Numbered from the stretch's first letter, positions 10,596 to 23,335 are shown. The stretch: DNA of 64,000 bases from Alphaproteobacteria bacterium (GCA_965205265.1 CBDBGH010000003.1:4544001-4608000); one strand, 5' to 3'. Notes: generated by a model from the sequence alone, not told the origin. A program made the numbers and translations.

Positions 10596-11468
10596 TCAGG
10601 GCAAATCGCGCAGGAAGCGGATGATAGCGGTGTTGAAGGCGTCGTTCCGGTCGCCGGCGACCATGTGGCCCGCGCCCGAGACATCGACGAAACGGGCATG
10701 CGGCACGAGGTCGAGGAAGGCGCGCGCTTCCGCTTCGGTCACGAGGTCGCTGCTGCCGCCGCGCACCAGCAGGGTGGGGGTGCGCCGCCGGGCGAGCACA
10801 AGCGCGCAGGCCTCCAGCCGCTCGGGGTCGCGATCCTCCTGCCGGTCGCGCATATCGGTGATGAAGGCCGGGTCCCAGTGCCAGTACCAGCGCCCGTCCG
10901 TACCCTCGCGGAGGTTCTTGCGCAGCCCCGAGAGGTCACGCGGGCGGCGCCGGTTCGGCAGATAGGCGGCGACGGCATCGGCCGCCTCTTCCAGCGAACC
11001 GAAGCCGGTCTCGACATGGGCCTTCATGAAATCGACCACGCGCGCCGCCCCCTCCGGGCGCACGCGGGGCGTGATGTCCACCAGCACGACGGCGCGCAGC
11101 ACCGCCTCCGGCGATTCACCCTCGGCGATGAGCGAGGCGATGCCGCCGAGCGAGGCGCCGACCGCGACCGGGCGGTCGAGCCCGCGGGCGACGGCGCGCA
11201 GGTCCGCGCCGAAATGCCCGATCAGGTAGTGGCCTTCCGGCGAGCGGTCGCTGTCGCCATGGCCGCGCTGGTCGATGCTCACCGCCCGCCAGCCCCGAAG
11301 CGCAAGCGCCAGCGCGGCCGCGCCCCAGGCATGGCGCGTCTGCCCGCCGCCATGCGCGAGCAGCACGGTCGGGCGGTCTTCGTCGCCCAACACATCGGCG
11401 GCGAGCGAAAGCCCCTCCGTGCCTTCGAAACGCTCGAAGCGCGGCGGGATCGGTCCGGGATCGGTCAT
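10596..11468 (-). CDS. Alpha/beta hydrolase
   Basis: HGGGQT, DQRGHGDS, GASLGG, GAGHMVAGD. Confidence 0.88.
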   Translation of the reverse strand: MTDPGPIPPRFERFEGTEGLSLAADVLGDEDRPTVLLAHGGGQTRHAWGAAALALALRGWRAVSIDQRGHGDSDRSPEGHYLIGHFGADLRAVARGLDRPVAVGASLGGIASLIAEGESPEAVLRAVVLVDITPRVRPEGAARVVDFMKAHVETGFGSLEEAADAVAAYLPNRRRPRDLSGLRKNLREGTDGRWYWHWDPAFITDMRDRQEDRDPERLEACALVLARRRTPTLLVRGGSSDLVTEAEARAFLDLVPHARFVDVSGAGHMVAGDRNDAFNTAIIRFLRDLP

Positions 11469-11508
11469 CGGGCCTCGGTCGGGTGACGGTCGGGTGCTGC
11501 TGCGGCGG

Positions 11509-11982
11509 TCATCCGGCACGGAGCGGGGCGAGCGCCTGCCGGAGCGCCTCCGCGACCTCGACCCGCTCCCAGGGCGCGAGAAACGCGCCCACGGTCTCGC
11601 GCCGGCCGTGGGTGGCGAGCGTCAGCGGCCCCGGCCGCTCGCCGCTCCGGTCGATCTCGACCCGGAGCCACCAGGGCGGCAGGCGCACCTGTTCGACCCT
11701 GCCGGCGGGGCTTATGCGCTCCACGGTCAGCGCGTCGGGCGTGAGCCGGAGCCGTTCGCGCCGCCGCCCCTGGCGGTAGTTCGCATGGAAGCACCAGGCG
11801 AGCAGCGCAATGTCGAGGCCGAAGAAGCCGAGCACCGGCCAGGCGCCGAGCATGAGGAAGGCAACCCCCGCTGCCAGGCCGATCAGCGTGAGCGCGCCGA
11901 TCAGCAGCCGGAAACCGGCAGGCGGCAGGGAGCGGTGCGGCGTCAGCACCGCGTCGAACAGCACGGGTTCGGCGGCGGACAA
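11509..11982 (-). CDS. DUF2244-like membrane protein (start uncertain)
   Basis: FDAVLTPHRSL...GAWPVLGFFGLD...GAFLAPWER pattern; TTG 11982 assumed. Confidence 0.75.
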   Translation of the reverse strand: MSAAEPVLFDAVLTPHRSLPPAGFRLLIGALTLIGLAAGVAFLMLGAWPVLGFFGLDIALLAWCFHANYRQGRRRERLRLTPDALTVERISPAGRVEQVRLPPWWLRVEIDRSGERPGPLTLATHGRRETVGAFLAPWERVEVAEALRQALAPLRAG

Positions 11983-11996
11983 GGGCGCGGAGCCGG

Positions 11997-12761
11997 TCAG
12001 AAATTGTCCTTGCGGCGGCGGATTTCCGCAAAGACGGCCTCGGGCGCCTCGCCCTCCATGCCGACCAGGCGCTGCATTTCCGGCAGGTCGGCGCGCAGGA
12101 AGGGGTTGGCGAGTTTCTCCTCGCCGAGCTCGGAGGGGATGGTACGCTCGCCGCGCGAGCGCAGCTCGTCTATGCGCCGGCAGGCCGCCTGGAGCGCCTC
12201 GTTGTCCGGGTCCACCGAAATGGCGAAGCGCGCATTGGACTGGGTGTATTCGTGCCCGCAATAGACGCGCGTGTCGTCGGGAAGCGCACGCAGCTTGCCG
12301 AGCGAGGACCAGAACTGCTCCGGCGTGCCCTCGAACATCCGCCCGCAGCCGAGCGCGAACAGCGTGTCGCCGCAGAACAGCGCCCGGCTTTCCTCGAACC
12401 AGAAGGCGATATGGCCGCTGGTATGGCCCGGCACGTCGAAGACCCGCGCGGTCTGCGTGCCGACCGTGTAGCTGTCGCCCTCGCCGACCTCGACATCGAG
12501 CCCCGGAATGCGCGCCGCATCCGCCCGCGGCCCGATCACCGGCGCGCCGTAGCGCTCGACCAGCTCCGCATTGCCGCCGATATGGTCGAAATGGTGGTGG
12601 GTGTTGAGGATATGGGTGAGCTTGAGGCCCCGACGCTCCAGCGCCGCGAGCACGGGTGCGGCCTCGGCCGGGTCCACCACGGCGGTGGCGCCGGCGGCGG
12701 CGTCATGCGCGATATAAACATAATTGTCCGACAGCGCGGGGACGATCTCGATCTCGAACAT
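11997..12761 (-). CDS. gloB: Hydroxyacylglutathione hydrolase (glyoxalase II)
   Basis: DNYVY, THHHFDHIGG, PGHTSGH, GDTLF..GCGRMFEG, CGHEYT, RRRKDNF. Confidence 0.95.
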   Translation of the reverse strand: MFEIEIVPALSDNYVYIAHDAAAGATAVVDPAEAAPVLAALERRGLKLTHILNTHHHFDHIGGNAELVERYGAPVIGPRADAARIPGLDVEVGEGDSYTVGTQTARVFDVPGHTSGHIAFWFEESRALFCGDTLFALGCGRMFEGTPEQFWSSLGKLRALPDDTRVYCGHEYTQSNARFAISVDPDNEALQAACRRIDELRSRGERTIPSELGEEKLANPFLRADLPEMQRLVGMEGEAPEAVFAEIRRRKDNF

Positions 12762-12896
12762 GGGCGGCAACACCTCCGGCACAGGGTCTTGCGGATGCTA
12801 AAGCGAAAGTCCCCTGGGCGGAAGGACCCGGAAGCCTGCCGGACCGCTTTGCCGCAGCCGCGTGACGAGGCGTCCGGGCTGCGATATGGAGGGGCG

Positions 12897-13544
12897 GTGA
12901 CGCTCCGCCTCGCCCTTTTTGCCGCCGCGCTCTTCGCCGCCCTGCCGGTCCGGGCCGAGCCGCTTGTAGTGGGCCGCTTTTCGGCCGGCGATCTGGAAGG
13001 CTGGCAGGTCCGGCATTTCGAGGGCGAGACGCGCTACCGGATCGTAGAGGACGGAGGCGCGAGCGTGCTGGAAGCCGAGAGTTCGTCCGGTGCGTCGAGC
13101 CTTTATCTGGAGCGCGAAATCGACCTCGCCGCGCGCCCGGTGCTGGAATGGCGCTGGCGGGTGGAGGCGCCGCTCAGCGTGCCGGACGAGCGCGTCAAGG
13201 CGGGCGACGACTTCGCGGCGCGCGTCTATGTCGTGGCGCCGGGCGAGGGGCTGTTCGCGCTGCCGATCGCGATCTCCTATGTCTGGGCCGGGAACGCGCC
13301 GGTGGGCGCGGACTGGCCGAACCCCTTCACTTCCAAGGTGCGGATGGTCGCGGTCGAGTCCGGCCCGGACCGTGCCGGCGCATGGCGCACCCATCGCCGC
13401 AATCTCCGGGAGGATTTCCGCCGCCTGTTCGGGCGCGAGGTGGACGAACTGGAGGGCATCGCGGTGATGACGGATGCCGACAACAGCCGCCAGCGCGCCC
13501 GCGCCTGGTACGGCGACATCCTGCTGCGCGCGGAGGGCGGCTGA
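12897..13544 (+). CDS. DUF3047-like exported protein
   Basis: GTG after GGAGGG; signal peptide; WRWRV, KAGDDFAARVYV, YVWA, IAVMTDADNS. Confidence 0.8.
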   Translation: MTLRLALFAAALFAALPVRAEPLVVGRFSAGDLEGWQVRHFEGETRYRIVEDGGASVLEAESSSGASSLYLEREIDLAARPVLEWRWRVEAPLSVPDERVKAGDDFAARVYVVAPGEGLFALPIAISYVWAGNAPVGADWPNPFTSKVRMVAVESGPDRAGAWRTHRRNLREDFRRLFGREVDELEGIAVMTDADNSRQRARAWYGDILLRAEGG

Positions 13545-13558
13545 TGGGCGTTCGGGCT

Positions 13559-15896
<2,338 letters not shown>

Positions 15897-15909
<13 letters not shown>

Positions 15910-16406
15910 GCCTTGTCGATCGCCTTGTAGGCGGCGGTAAAGCCCCTGAGCGAATAGCTGTCGGTGACCACGGTGCCGCGCGCCGAAGTCGCCGTAAAGG
16001 CCATTGTGCTGCCGGCCTTCATCGCCTCCACCACCGGCGCGTTCTTCTGATCGACCACCCAGGCGGAGCTGTCCTTCACGAAGAAGCGGAAATCCTGCCT
16101 CTTCTTCTTGATCCTGACGCGCGCGCGGGGCCGGCTGTTCGGCTTCAGCGGATAGCCGACCTCGACATGGATCTCGCCCCTGAGGTTCCGGCCCGGAAAA
16201 TGCGCTACCTGGAAATAGGCCGGGTCCCGGTTGATGCCCTTCGGTTTCCAGCTTGTCGGACTGGACGCGATGTAGCAGATCTTGTCGTCGCCAGACCCGT
16301 ACACATAAGCCACCCAGTCATGATGCGCGGCAATGCGCTTCGGCTCCTGCGCCGCAGCGGGGCCGGCCAGGATCACTGACAAAACGATCAGCGGGCGCGC
16401 CAACAT
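15897..16406 (-). CDS. Invasion-associated locus B (IalB)-like exported protein
   Basis: Signal peptide, W..Y......[19 protein letters not shown]; usual neighbour of rlmN in alphaproteobacteria. Confidence 0.8.
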
Positions 16407-16467
16407 TCTAGACATTCCGATTGGTATTTCCGCACACTCCGGATTGCGGACCATAGCGCCGTTCGCC

Positions 16468-17706
16468 CTACGGGCCAAGACTTCCGGGCCCGTTGTCGGG
16501 CCCCCTGACCACGCCGTCGTCATGCAGGCGGCCGATCTCGGAATCGGGCAGGCCGAGTATGCCGGCCAGAATCTCGTCCGTGTGCTCGCCAAGGCGCGGC
16601 GCGGGCTGCGGCCGGCCGCGCGCGAGCCCGGCGAAATCGAGCGGCGCGCCCGGCACCGGCCAGGCGCCCATGCCCGGCTGCTCGATGCGCTCGAAGAGCG
16701 GATTGTCCCCGACAAGCCCCGGGTCGTCCGCCATCTCGCGGAACGTCCGGTAGGGCCCCCACAGCACGCCATGCGCATCGAAGGCTTCGGCCGCCGCGGC
16801 GAGCGGCCGCGCGGCGATCCAGGGCTCGACGACAGCGGCGATCTCCTCGCGCAGGCGCCAGCGGTCCGCCTCGTCGTTCAGGTCTGCGCCTTGCTCCGCC
16901 TCGATCCGGCTGAAGGCGAGGCCGAGGTCGGCCGCCTCCGCAATACCCCGGAGATTGCGCGAGGTGAACAGGCAGACCATGACGTCGCGCCCGTCGGCGG
17001 TGCGGAAATCGCGGCCGAAGGTGCCGAAGATATGGTTGCCGACCCGCGCCCGGTCCTCGCCATTGACCGCGGCCTCGCCGACATAGCCGAGCGTTGCCGT
17101 CGCCCAGAGCGCGACATCGAGCAGCGGCAGGCGGATGAGCCCGCCCTCGCCCGTGCGCACCCGGCGGCGTTCGGCCGCGAGCAGCCCGGCGGCGGCGGTC
17201 ATGCCGGTCGCGATGTCCCAGGCGGGAAGCACGTTGTTGACCGGGCCTTCCCGGCCTTCCGGCCCGGTGACATAGGGGAAGCCCACAGATGCGTTGACGG
17301 TGTAGTCCACCTGCGGGGCGCCGCTGCGGGCGCCGAGCACGTTCAGCAGGATGAGGTCCGCCCGCATGGCCGAAAGCGTCTCGTAGCCGAGCCAGCCGCG
17401 CGCGGGCAGGTTGGTGAGGAAGATGCCGCCCCCCGGGCCCGGCGCGGCAATCAGCGCCTGCACCAGTTCGCGCCCGCGCGGGCTGCGGATATCGACGCGG
17501 AAGGACCGCTTGCCCTTGTTGAGGCCGGCCCAGTAGATGCTGTCGCCCTTGTCGGTCACGGGCCAGCGGCGGTAGTCGAGCCCGCCCTCCAGCGCATCGA
17601 AGCGGATCACATCGGCGCCGAGCTGGCCGAGCGCCATGCCGCCGAGCGGCGCGGCTACGAAAGCCGAGCCCTCCACGATGCGCAGGCCTTCCAGCAGGTC
17701 GTACAT
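16468..17706 (-). CDS. Family III CoA transferase, mesaconyl-CoA (2-methylfumaryl-CoA) C1-C4 isomerase-like
   Basis: MYDLLEGLRIVEGSAFVAAPLGGM, GGLDYRRWP, YWAGLNKGKRS, VDYTVN, VLPAWD. Confidence 0.8.
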   Translation of the reverse strand: MYDLLEGLRIVEGSAFVAAPLGGMALGQLGADVIRFDALEGGLDYRRWPVTDKGDSIYWAGLNKGKRSFRVDIRSPRGRELVQALIAAPGPGGGIFLTNLPARGWLGYETLSAMRADLILLNVLGARSGAPQVDYTVNASVGFPYVTGPEGREGPVNNVLPAWDIATGMTAAAGLLAAERRRVRTGEGGLIRLPLLDVALWATATLGYVGEAAVNGEDRARVGNHIFGTFGRDFRTADGRDVMVCLFTSRNLRGIAEAADLGLAFSRIEAEQGADLNDEADRWRLREEIAAVVEPWIAARPLAAAAEAFDAHGVLWGPYRTFREMADDPGLVGDNPLFERIEQPGMGAWPVPGAPLDFAGLARGRPQPAPRLGEHTDEILAGILGLPDSEIGRLHDDGVVRGPDNGPGSLGP

Positions 17707-17786
17707 GCCTCTCCCCTCCGGGCAACGGGCGCGGGACGGCGGAACCGATATATCGCCGGCGGCGGAAAGGGAAGCGGGCAAGGAAA

Positions 17787-17810
17787 ACCCCGGAGGCGAC
17801 CCTCCGGGGC
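17787..17810. terminator. GC-rich hairpin between lipoprotein and CoA-transferase genes
   Basis: CCCCGGAGG-CGAC-CCTCCGGGG followed on the minus strand by TTTT. Confidence 0.55.
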
Positions 17811-17840
17811 TTCGCAGGTTTCCGTGCAGGTGCGGGGCGG

Positions 17841-18536
17841 TCAGGCCGCGGGTTCGATGCGGATGAGCTCGCGGCGGTAGCGGCTGCTCTTCTTGCCCGG
17901 CAGCGGCGCCTTGGAGGATATGACCGTGAACCCCAACTCCGGCGCGAACCAGTAGTCGTAGCGCGCCGAGTTTTCCCTGCAGACCACATGATAGGCGTCG
18001 AAATTGCCTGCCGGGACTGTGACATTGGCCGTTCCCGCCACCTTGCAGCTCCTCATGTTGGACCAGGTCTTTCCCTTGCTGTTCCGGCCGGTGAATTGCC
18101 AGCTTTCGGTATTGCCCACGGCAAGCGGGAACAGACCGCCGGCACGTTTTTCTATCTTTCGGGAACCGGTGCTTCCCGAACAATCGCGCCAACTCAACGC
18201 GGGCGAGTAGCTGGACAGGTCGAGTACGACCTTGCAGCCCCCTGGGCCGTGAAATTCCGCAATCGAGCCGTTCAGCTTCACGGTTTCCCAGACCACTTCC
18301 TTGCCGTCTTGTTTCCAGACACCCTTGTCGCCGACCGCGGAAGGCCGACGAACGCCGGGAGGCAGTTCGGCCTTGGCTGGCGCAGTTGCCACCTTGGCGG
18401 CGGGAGCCCGCTCGGACTTGACCACGGCCTTGGCGGCCGTTTTCGGCGCCTGCCCGCTCGGGCCGCAGCCGGAAAGCGCCAACGCCAGAACGGCGGCGGC
18501 AAGCGCGGAGGTGCGCACAAATGGAATGGAGAGCAT
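17841..18536 (-). CDS. Putative lipoprotein of unknown function
   Basis: Signal peptide with lipobox LSGC; VTVPAGNFDAY...WFAPELG motif. Confidence 0.7.
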   Translation of the reverse strand: MLSIPFVRTSALAAAVLALALSGCGPSGQAPKTAAKAVVKSERAPAAKVATAPAKAELPPGVRRPSAVGDKGVWKQDGKEVVWETVKLNGSIAEFHGPGGCKVVLDLSSYSPALSWRDCSGSTGSRKIEKRAGGLFPLAVGNTESWQFTGRNSKGKTWSNMRSCKVAGTANVTVPAGNFDAYHVVCRENSARYDYWFAPELGFTVISSKAPLPGKKSSRYRRELIRIEPAA

Positions 18537-18580
18537 GGATCGTATCCCCCTTAATTCGGTCAGTTCGCAGAGTGAGGAGC

Positions 18581-18619
18581 CGGCCGGACGGGGAGGCGGG
18601 TCCGCCCTTCATCCGGCCG
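18581..18619. terminator. Long hairpin downstream of fasciclin gene
   Basis: CGGCCGGA...GGCGG-GT-CCGCC...TCCGGCCG. Confidence 0.45.
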
Positions 18620-18631
18620 TCTCGGCGGCGG

Positions 18632-19417
18632 TCAGCCGCTCTTTTCTGCCATCTCCATGGCGGGCTGGGGCAGGGCCACCAGCGGGCTGGCAATGATGTG
18701 GATGACGCTGCCGTCCGGCGCGGTCACGGTCCGGTCGAGCACGACGCCGTTAACCCTGACGCTGCCGTCGCCGCTGAGCGCGTAGAACGAAAGCGGCGCC
18801 GCCGCTGTCTGCCAGCCGCCGGCGAGGGTCCACACCTTGCCGTTGGCGTTCCGGAAGGCGCCCTTCGCCATCGGCTCGTTCAGGGCGTGGGATCCGACCG
18901 CCGCTGCGACTTCGGCCATGACCGCATCGCGCATCTCCTCGTTCTTCATGGCCTCCGACAGGGCCGCCACGACAGGGGCCAGAACGGAGTCGGGAATCGC
19001 GAACACCGTCCCCGGCGTGCTCTTGAGAGCGTCGCCGAAGCCTCCCGCCTCGATGAGGGTCGCCATCAGGGAGAAGGTTTCCGCCTTCGCTTCCATGACG
19101 ACCTCGCCCGATTCCGACATGACCGGATTGCCGTTTTCGTCCAATTTGGCCGCCTCATACGGAATACTGTAGGCGCGCAGGGTAGAGAGCACATCCGTCG
19201 GGCATTCTGCGCCCTCGGCTTTGGGGACCTCAACGCCCGCCAGCATGCACATGGCGGCTTCCTGCATTTCCGCCTTCATCTCAGCCTTGGCCTGGGTCTG
19301 GGCCGCAGCCGGCGTTCCCAGGGCCAGGGCCGTCATGGCCGACGCAGCGACGAGGCCGCCCAGCAGCTTCCGGGAACGGTTTGCCGCATTGGCGGGAGAT
19401 GAGGAGAGGGTTTGCAT
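18632..19417 (-). CDS. Exported fasciclin (FAS1) domain protein
   Basis: Signal peptide; TFSLMATLIEAGG, TVFAIPD, VNGV, GSVIHII; AGGAG RBS. Confidence 0.65.
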   Translation of the reverse strand: MQTLSSSPANAANRSRKLLGGLVAASAMTALALGTPAAAQTQAKAEMKAEMQEAAMCMLAGVEVPKAEGAECPTDVLSTLRAYSIPYEAAKLDENGNPVMSESGEVVMEAKAETFSLMATLIEAGGFGDALKSTPGTVFAIPDSVLAPVVAALSEAMKNEEMRDAVMAEVAAAVGSHALNEPMAKGAFRNANGKVWTLAGGWQTAAAPLSFYALSGDGSVRVNGVVLDRTVTAPDGSVIHIIASPLVALPQPAMEMAEKSG

Positions 19418-19858
19418 GTTTCACGTCTCCTTTCTTGCTCCAGAGCACGGCGCGTCCGGGTGGTGGCCGTATTGCCGACAGAAATGACAAGGATATATTG
19501 TCCATCTACCATGGTCAATAAGCAAATACCGCTTCGGGATCGCCCGGTATATGAGCGGATATTGAGGGTTGTTCAGCTCGGCGGCCGGCGTACTTCTGGA
19601 CGGGTCGGGGCCGATAGCGAAATGGCGCCGACCCTCTTCAACTTTCGCGCAGGCGGCCTACAAGTGTTTTCAAGCAGGAAATGGATGCCTTTCCCCGTTG
19701 CTGTTGGAAGTTGGCGGCAGCGGGCAGCCGGGGCGAACTAGGATTAGCCAGTCATTCATCCAGCTGCGCCCAATTGCCTGACTTGGTGGCCTGCCGAGAC
19801 GATAAATATCTGGTCTAATTTTGACTAAGCTATTGAAATAACTTGCTATTCTCTCCAA

Positions 19859-20770
19859 ATGCATATACTTGGAGTTGAAGTTGCAACTGCAAAACCGAGG
19901 AACCCGGGTTTGGCGAGGCAGCAGGCAGCCCATTCGCGCATCCACGACCATTTCGTCGAGCAGATCCGGCAGGGCAAATTCGGGGATGGCAAGCGACTGC
20001 CGACGGAAGCGGAGATCGCGGACGAGTTCGGCGTCAGCCGGGCGACGGTGCAGTTCGCCATGTCGCGGCTGGCGTGGGATGGGTGGATCGAGAGGTTTCC
20101 AGGCAAAGGCACGTATGCCAGCGCTACGGGCGGGGAGCGCGGGTCCCTTGCTCGTGACATTCTGGTCCGTGGAGTGATCCGCCCAGACGGTTCGGCGGAG
20201 CCGCGCGATCCCGATAATCCATTTGAAGGTCTGGAGGATTTTGCAAGGGGCCCAAAGATTACCCGGCATACATTGGATGCCATAACCGGAATTCTGGACG
20301 AGTATCGAGCAACGCCGGTCGAGGGGTATATCGGCGAATCGGAATCCGGTGTGCACTATCAGTTGATGTCCTATGGAATAGTCGGCGCGTCGGGGTATCT
20401 TGCTGAGCAATTGGGAACTGAGAAACATGTGATTGTATCGAGCTTCGAAAGAACAAAAGTCGTAAATGGACATGTAACGGAAATTGAGCGACATTACTTT
20501 GCTCCCGATGTAGCGCCGCAATTTGGTCCAAAAGACATGGAATCCCTTTCCATGGAAGAACTTTTTGTCGAAAGCCGAATAGGAGAAGAAGTGGATTGTG
20601 TGGAGGTCACAATGGATACATTAAGGATACCGATGGTTGGATTAACTTTAACGTCTATTTTGTCGGAAAACCCCAAGTTTACTGCTAAGTGGATTTCCAA
20701 GGAAGGAAGAGTGGTTGTTGTTACAAACTGGACCATCAACAGCTTACCGCAAGTGAACTTGGTAGGGTAA
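19859..20770 (+). CDS. GntR family transcriptional regulator (UTRA-like C-terminus), AT-rich
   Basis: RLPTEAEIADEFGVSRATV...ERFPGKGTY winged HTH; start uncertain. Confidence 0.8.
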   Translation: MHILGVEVATAKPRNPGLARQQAAHSRIHDHFVEQIRQGKFGDGKRLPTEAEIADEFGVSRATVQFAMSRLAWDGWIERFPGKGTYASATGGERGSLARDILVRGVIRPDGSAEPRDPDNPFEGLEDFARGPKITRHTLDAITGILDEYRATPVEGYIGESESGVHYQLMSYGIVGASGYLAEQLGTEKHVIVSSFERTKVVNGHVTEIERHYFAPDVAPQFGPKDMESLSMEELFVESRIGEEVDCVEVTMDTLRIPMVGLTLTSILSENPKFTAKWISKEGRVVVVTNWTINSLPQVNLVG

Positions 20771-21001
20771 ACCTGCTGACTTCGGGTAATCTTGCAGACG
20801 GGACCGGGCGCAGTTGCCCCCGCCCTCACTCGGTGACTGTATGGGGCGGGATTGGCCCCGCGAGGGGGGCAGAGGTCCCCGGTGCCCTGGCGGAACGGGC
20901 ACCATACGCCTCGGACCTTGGCGCAGAGGGTCGGGCCGCTTAAGCTTGGATATGGGGAGTCGCCGCCCGCGCCTGGCGGCTGAGCCGGAGACCTGTCTTT
21001 C

Positions 21002-22492
21002 ATGCTTTCGCTCGCCACAATTCTCGAGACGAGCGCGCGCGACCTGCCGGACAAGGCGGCGATCGTGCAGGGGCCGGCGCGGATCAGCTACCGGGAGCTG
21101 GACGCCCGGGCGCAGGCAGTTGCGGCGGACCTGGCGGGGCGCGGGATCGGGCCGGGCGACATCGTGGCGCTCGCCTGCCCTAATGTGCCGGCCTTCCCGG
21201 CCTTCTATTTCGGCGTGCTGAAGGCCGGCGCGACGGTGCTGCCGGTCTCCATCCTGCTCAAACGCGACGAGATGGCCTATCTGCTGAACGACAGCGGGGC
21301 GAAGGCGCTGGTCTGCCACGAGGGCTCGGCCGAACTGCCGCTGGGCGAGGTCGGCCGCGCCGCCTTCGACGATGCGCCGGCCTGCAGGCATTTCATCGAG
21401 GCGGATGCGCCGGTGGCGGAGGCTTCCTTCGACACCGTGCAGCGCGGCCCCGACGAGGTGGCCGTCGTGCTCTACACCTCCGGCACGACGGGGCGGCCCA
21501 AGGGCGCGATGCTGACCCACTCCAACCTGCTGATGAACGCCGAAATCTGCGTGGAGCTCGGCGAGGTGCGCCCGGAGGACGTGGTGCTGGTGGCGCTGCC
21601 GCTGTTCCATGTGTTCGGGCAGGTGGTGCAGATGCTGGCGGCGTTCCGCAAGGCGGCGACCGTGGTGCTGGCGCCCCGGTTCGAGCCGGGCCTCTGCCTC
21701 GGCCTCATGGAGAGCGAGAAGGTGACGCTGTTCTCCGGCGTGCCGACCATGCTCTGGGCGCTGCTGACCTATCCTGACGCGGAGAAGCACGACCTTGCCG
21801 CCATCGCCGCCAGTCTCAGGCAGGTCACGGTGGGCGGCGCCTCGACGCCGGTCGAGATCCTGCGCGGCTTCGAGACGAAGTTCGATGTGACGGTGCTGGA
21901 AGGCTACGGCCTCTCGGAAACCTCGCCGGGCGTGAGTTTCAACCGGCGCGACCGGGAGCGGAAGGTGGGTTCCGTCGGCCTGCCCGTCTGGGGCGTCGAG
22001 GTGCAGGTGGTGGACCCGGAGGACAATCCCGTGCCCGTCGGCGAGCCGGGCGAGGTGGTCGTGCGCGGCCATTGCGTGATGAAGGGCTATCTGGGCCGCC
22101 CGGAGGAAACCGCCGAGACGCTGCGCGGCGGCTGGTTCCACACCGGCGATATCGGCCGCTTCGACGAGGACGGCTACCTCTATATCGTGGACCGGCTGAA
22201 GGAGATGATTATCCGCGGCGGGTTCAACGTCTATCCGCGTGAGGTGGAGGAACTGCTGGCGACACACCCCGAGATTTCGCTCGCTGCCGTGGTCGGCGTG
22301 CCGGACGAGCAGTATGGCGAGGAGGTCAAGGCTTTTGTCGTGCCCGCCGCCGGAGCCAGCCCGGAACCGGAGGCCATTGTCGCCTGGGCGCGCGAGCGCC
22401 TGGCAGGGTATAAGTATCCCCGGATCGTCGAGCTGCGCGAAAGCCTGCCGCTGGGCGCGACCGGCAAGATTCTGAAACGCGACCTGAACTAG
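21002..22492 (+). CDS. Long-chain acyl-CoA ligase (AMP-binding)
   Basis: YTSGTTGRPKG, EGYGLSET, WFHTGD, RGGFNVYPREVEE, TGKILK. Confidence 0.92.
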   Translation: MLSLATILETSARDLPDKAAIVQGPARISYRELDARAQAVAADLAGRGIGPGDIVALACPNVPAFPAFYFGVLKAGATVLPVSILLKRDEMAYLLNDSGAKALVCHEGSAELPLGEVGRAAFDDAPACRHFIEADAPVAEASFDTVQRGPDEVAVVLYTSGTTGRPKGAMLTHSNLLMNAEICVELGEVRPEDVVLVALPLFHVFGQVVQMLAAFRKAATVVLAPRFEPGLCLGLMESEKVTLFSGVPTMLWALLTYPDAEKHDLAAIAASLRQVTVGGASTPVEILRGFETKFDVTVLEGYGLSETSPGVSFNRRDRERKVGSVGLPVWGVEVQVVDPEDNPVPVGEPGEVVVRGHCVMKGYLGRPEETAETLRGGWFHTGDIGRFDEDGYLYIVDRLKEMIIRGGFNVYPREVEELLATHPEISLAAVVGVPDEQYGEEVKAFVVPAAGASPEPEAIVAWARERLAGYKYPRIVELRESLPLGATGKILKRDLN

Positions 22493-22507
22493 AGGAGGAG
22501 CGGAGCG

Positions 22508-23296
22508 ATGCAACTCACCCCCGAACAGGTCTCCCGCTACCACCGGGAGGGCTACCTCTTTCTCGAAGGCGTGTTCAGCGCCGAAGAAGCCGCGCTGCTG
22601 CGCCGCGAGGCCGACACCGTGTTCGCCAGCGGGCGCGAGGAGGTCTGGCGCGAGGACAACGGCGCGCCGCGCACCGCGTTCGCCGCGCACCGCTATAACG
22701 GCATGTTCGGGCGCCTCGGCGCGCATCCGCGGCTCATCCGCCCGGTCGAGCAATTGCTGGGCGAGCCCGTCTATATGCACCAGTACAAGGTCAACGCCAA
22801 AGCGGCCTTCGACGGCGATGTCTGGCAGTGGCACCAGGATTTCGGCACCTGGCACCGCGATGACGGCATGCCCGAGCCGCGCGCCATGAATATCGCCGTC
22901 TTCCTCGATCCGGTGACGGCGGCTAACGGGCCGCTGATGTTCCTCGTCGGCAGCCACCGGGATGGCGTCTTCGAGGCCGGGCACGACCTGGAGACTACAA
23001 GCTACCCGCTCTGGACGCTGGATCGCGGGACGGTGAAGCGGCTGGCGGATGAGGGCGGCATTGCGGCCCCGACCGGCGCGCCGGGCTCGGTGGTGATGTT
23101 CCACGGAAACCTCGTCCATGCGAGCCCACCCAATATCAGCCCGTGGGACCGGGTGATCGTCTATCTCAGCCTCTGCGCGGTCTCCAACCGCATCACGCGC
23201 TTCAAGCGCGCCGAGTGGATCGCGCACCGCGATTTCGACCCCATCCGCGTGCTGCCCGACGACTGCCTGATGCAGCAGGCGGTCGCGGCGGAATAG
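22508..23296 (+). CDS. PhyH-family Fe(II)/2OG dioxygenase (ectoine/proline hydroxylase-like)
   Basis: WQWHQDFGTWHRDDGMP, NGPL, HASPPN. Confidence 0.88.
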   Translation: MQLTPEQVSRYHREGYLFLEGVFSAEEAALLRREADTVFASGREEVWREDNGAPRTAFAAHRYNGMFGRLGAHPRLIRPVEQLLGEPVYMHQYKVNAKAAFDGDVWQWHQDFGTWHRDDGMPEPRAMNIAVFLDPVTAANGPLMFLVGSHRDGVFEAGHDLETTSYPLWTLDRGTVKRLADEGGIAAPTGAPGSVVMFHGNLVHASPPNISPWDRVIVYLSLCAVSNRITRFKRAEWIAHRDFDPIRVLPDDCLMQQAVAAE

Positions 23297-23335
23297 ACGG
23301 CTCCGATCCGCGCCCCGGAACAGCGCGGAGAAGGC

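Noticed and set aside
22508-23296. Calling this gene ectD
   Set aside because: Signature differs from EctD and there is no ectABC nearby.
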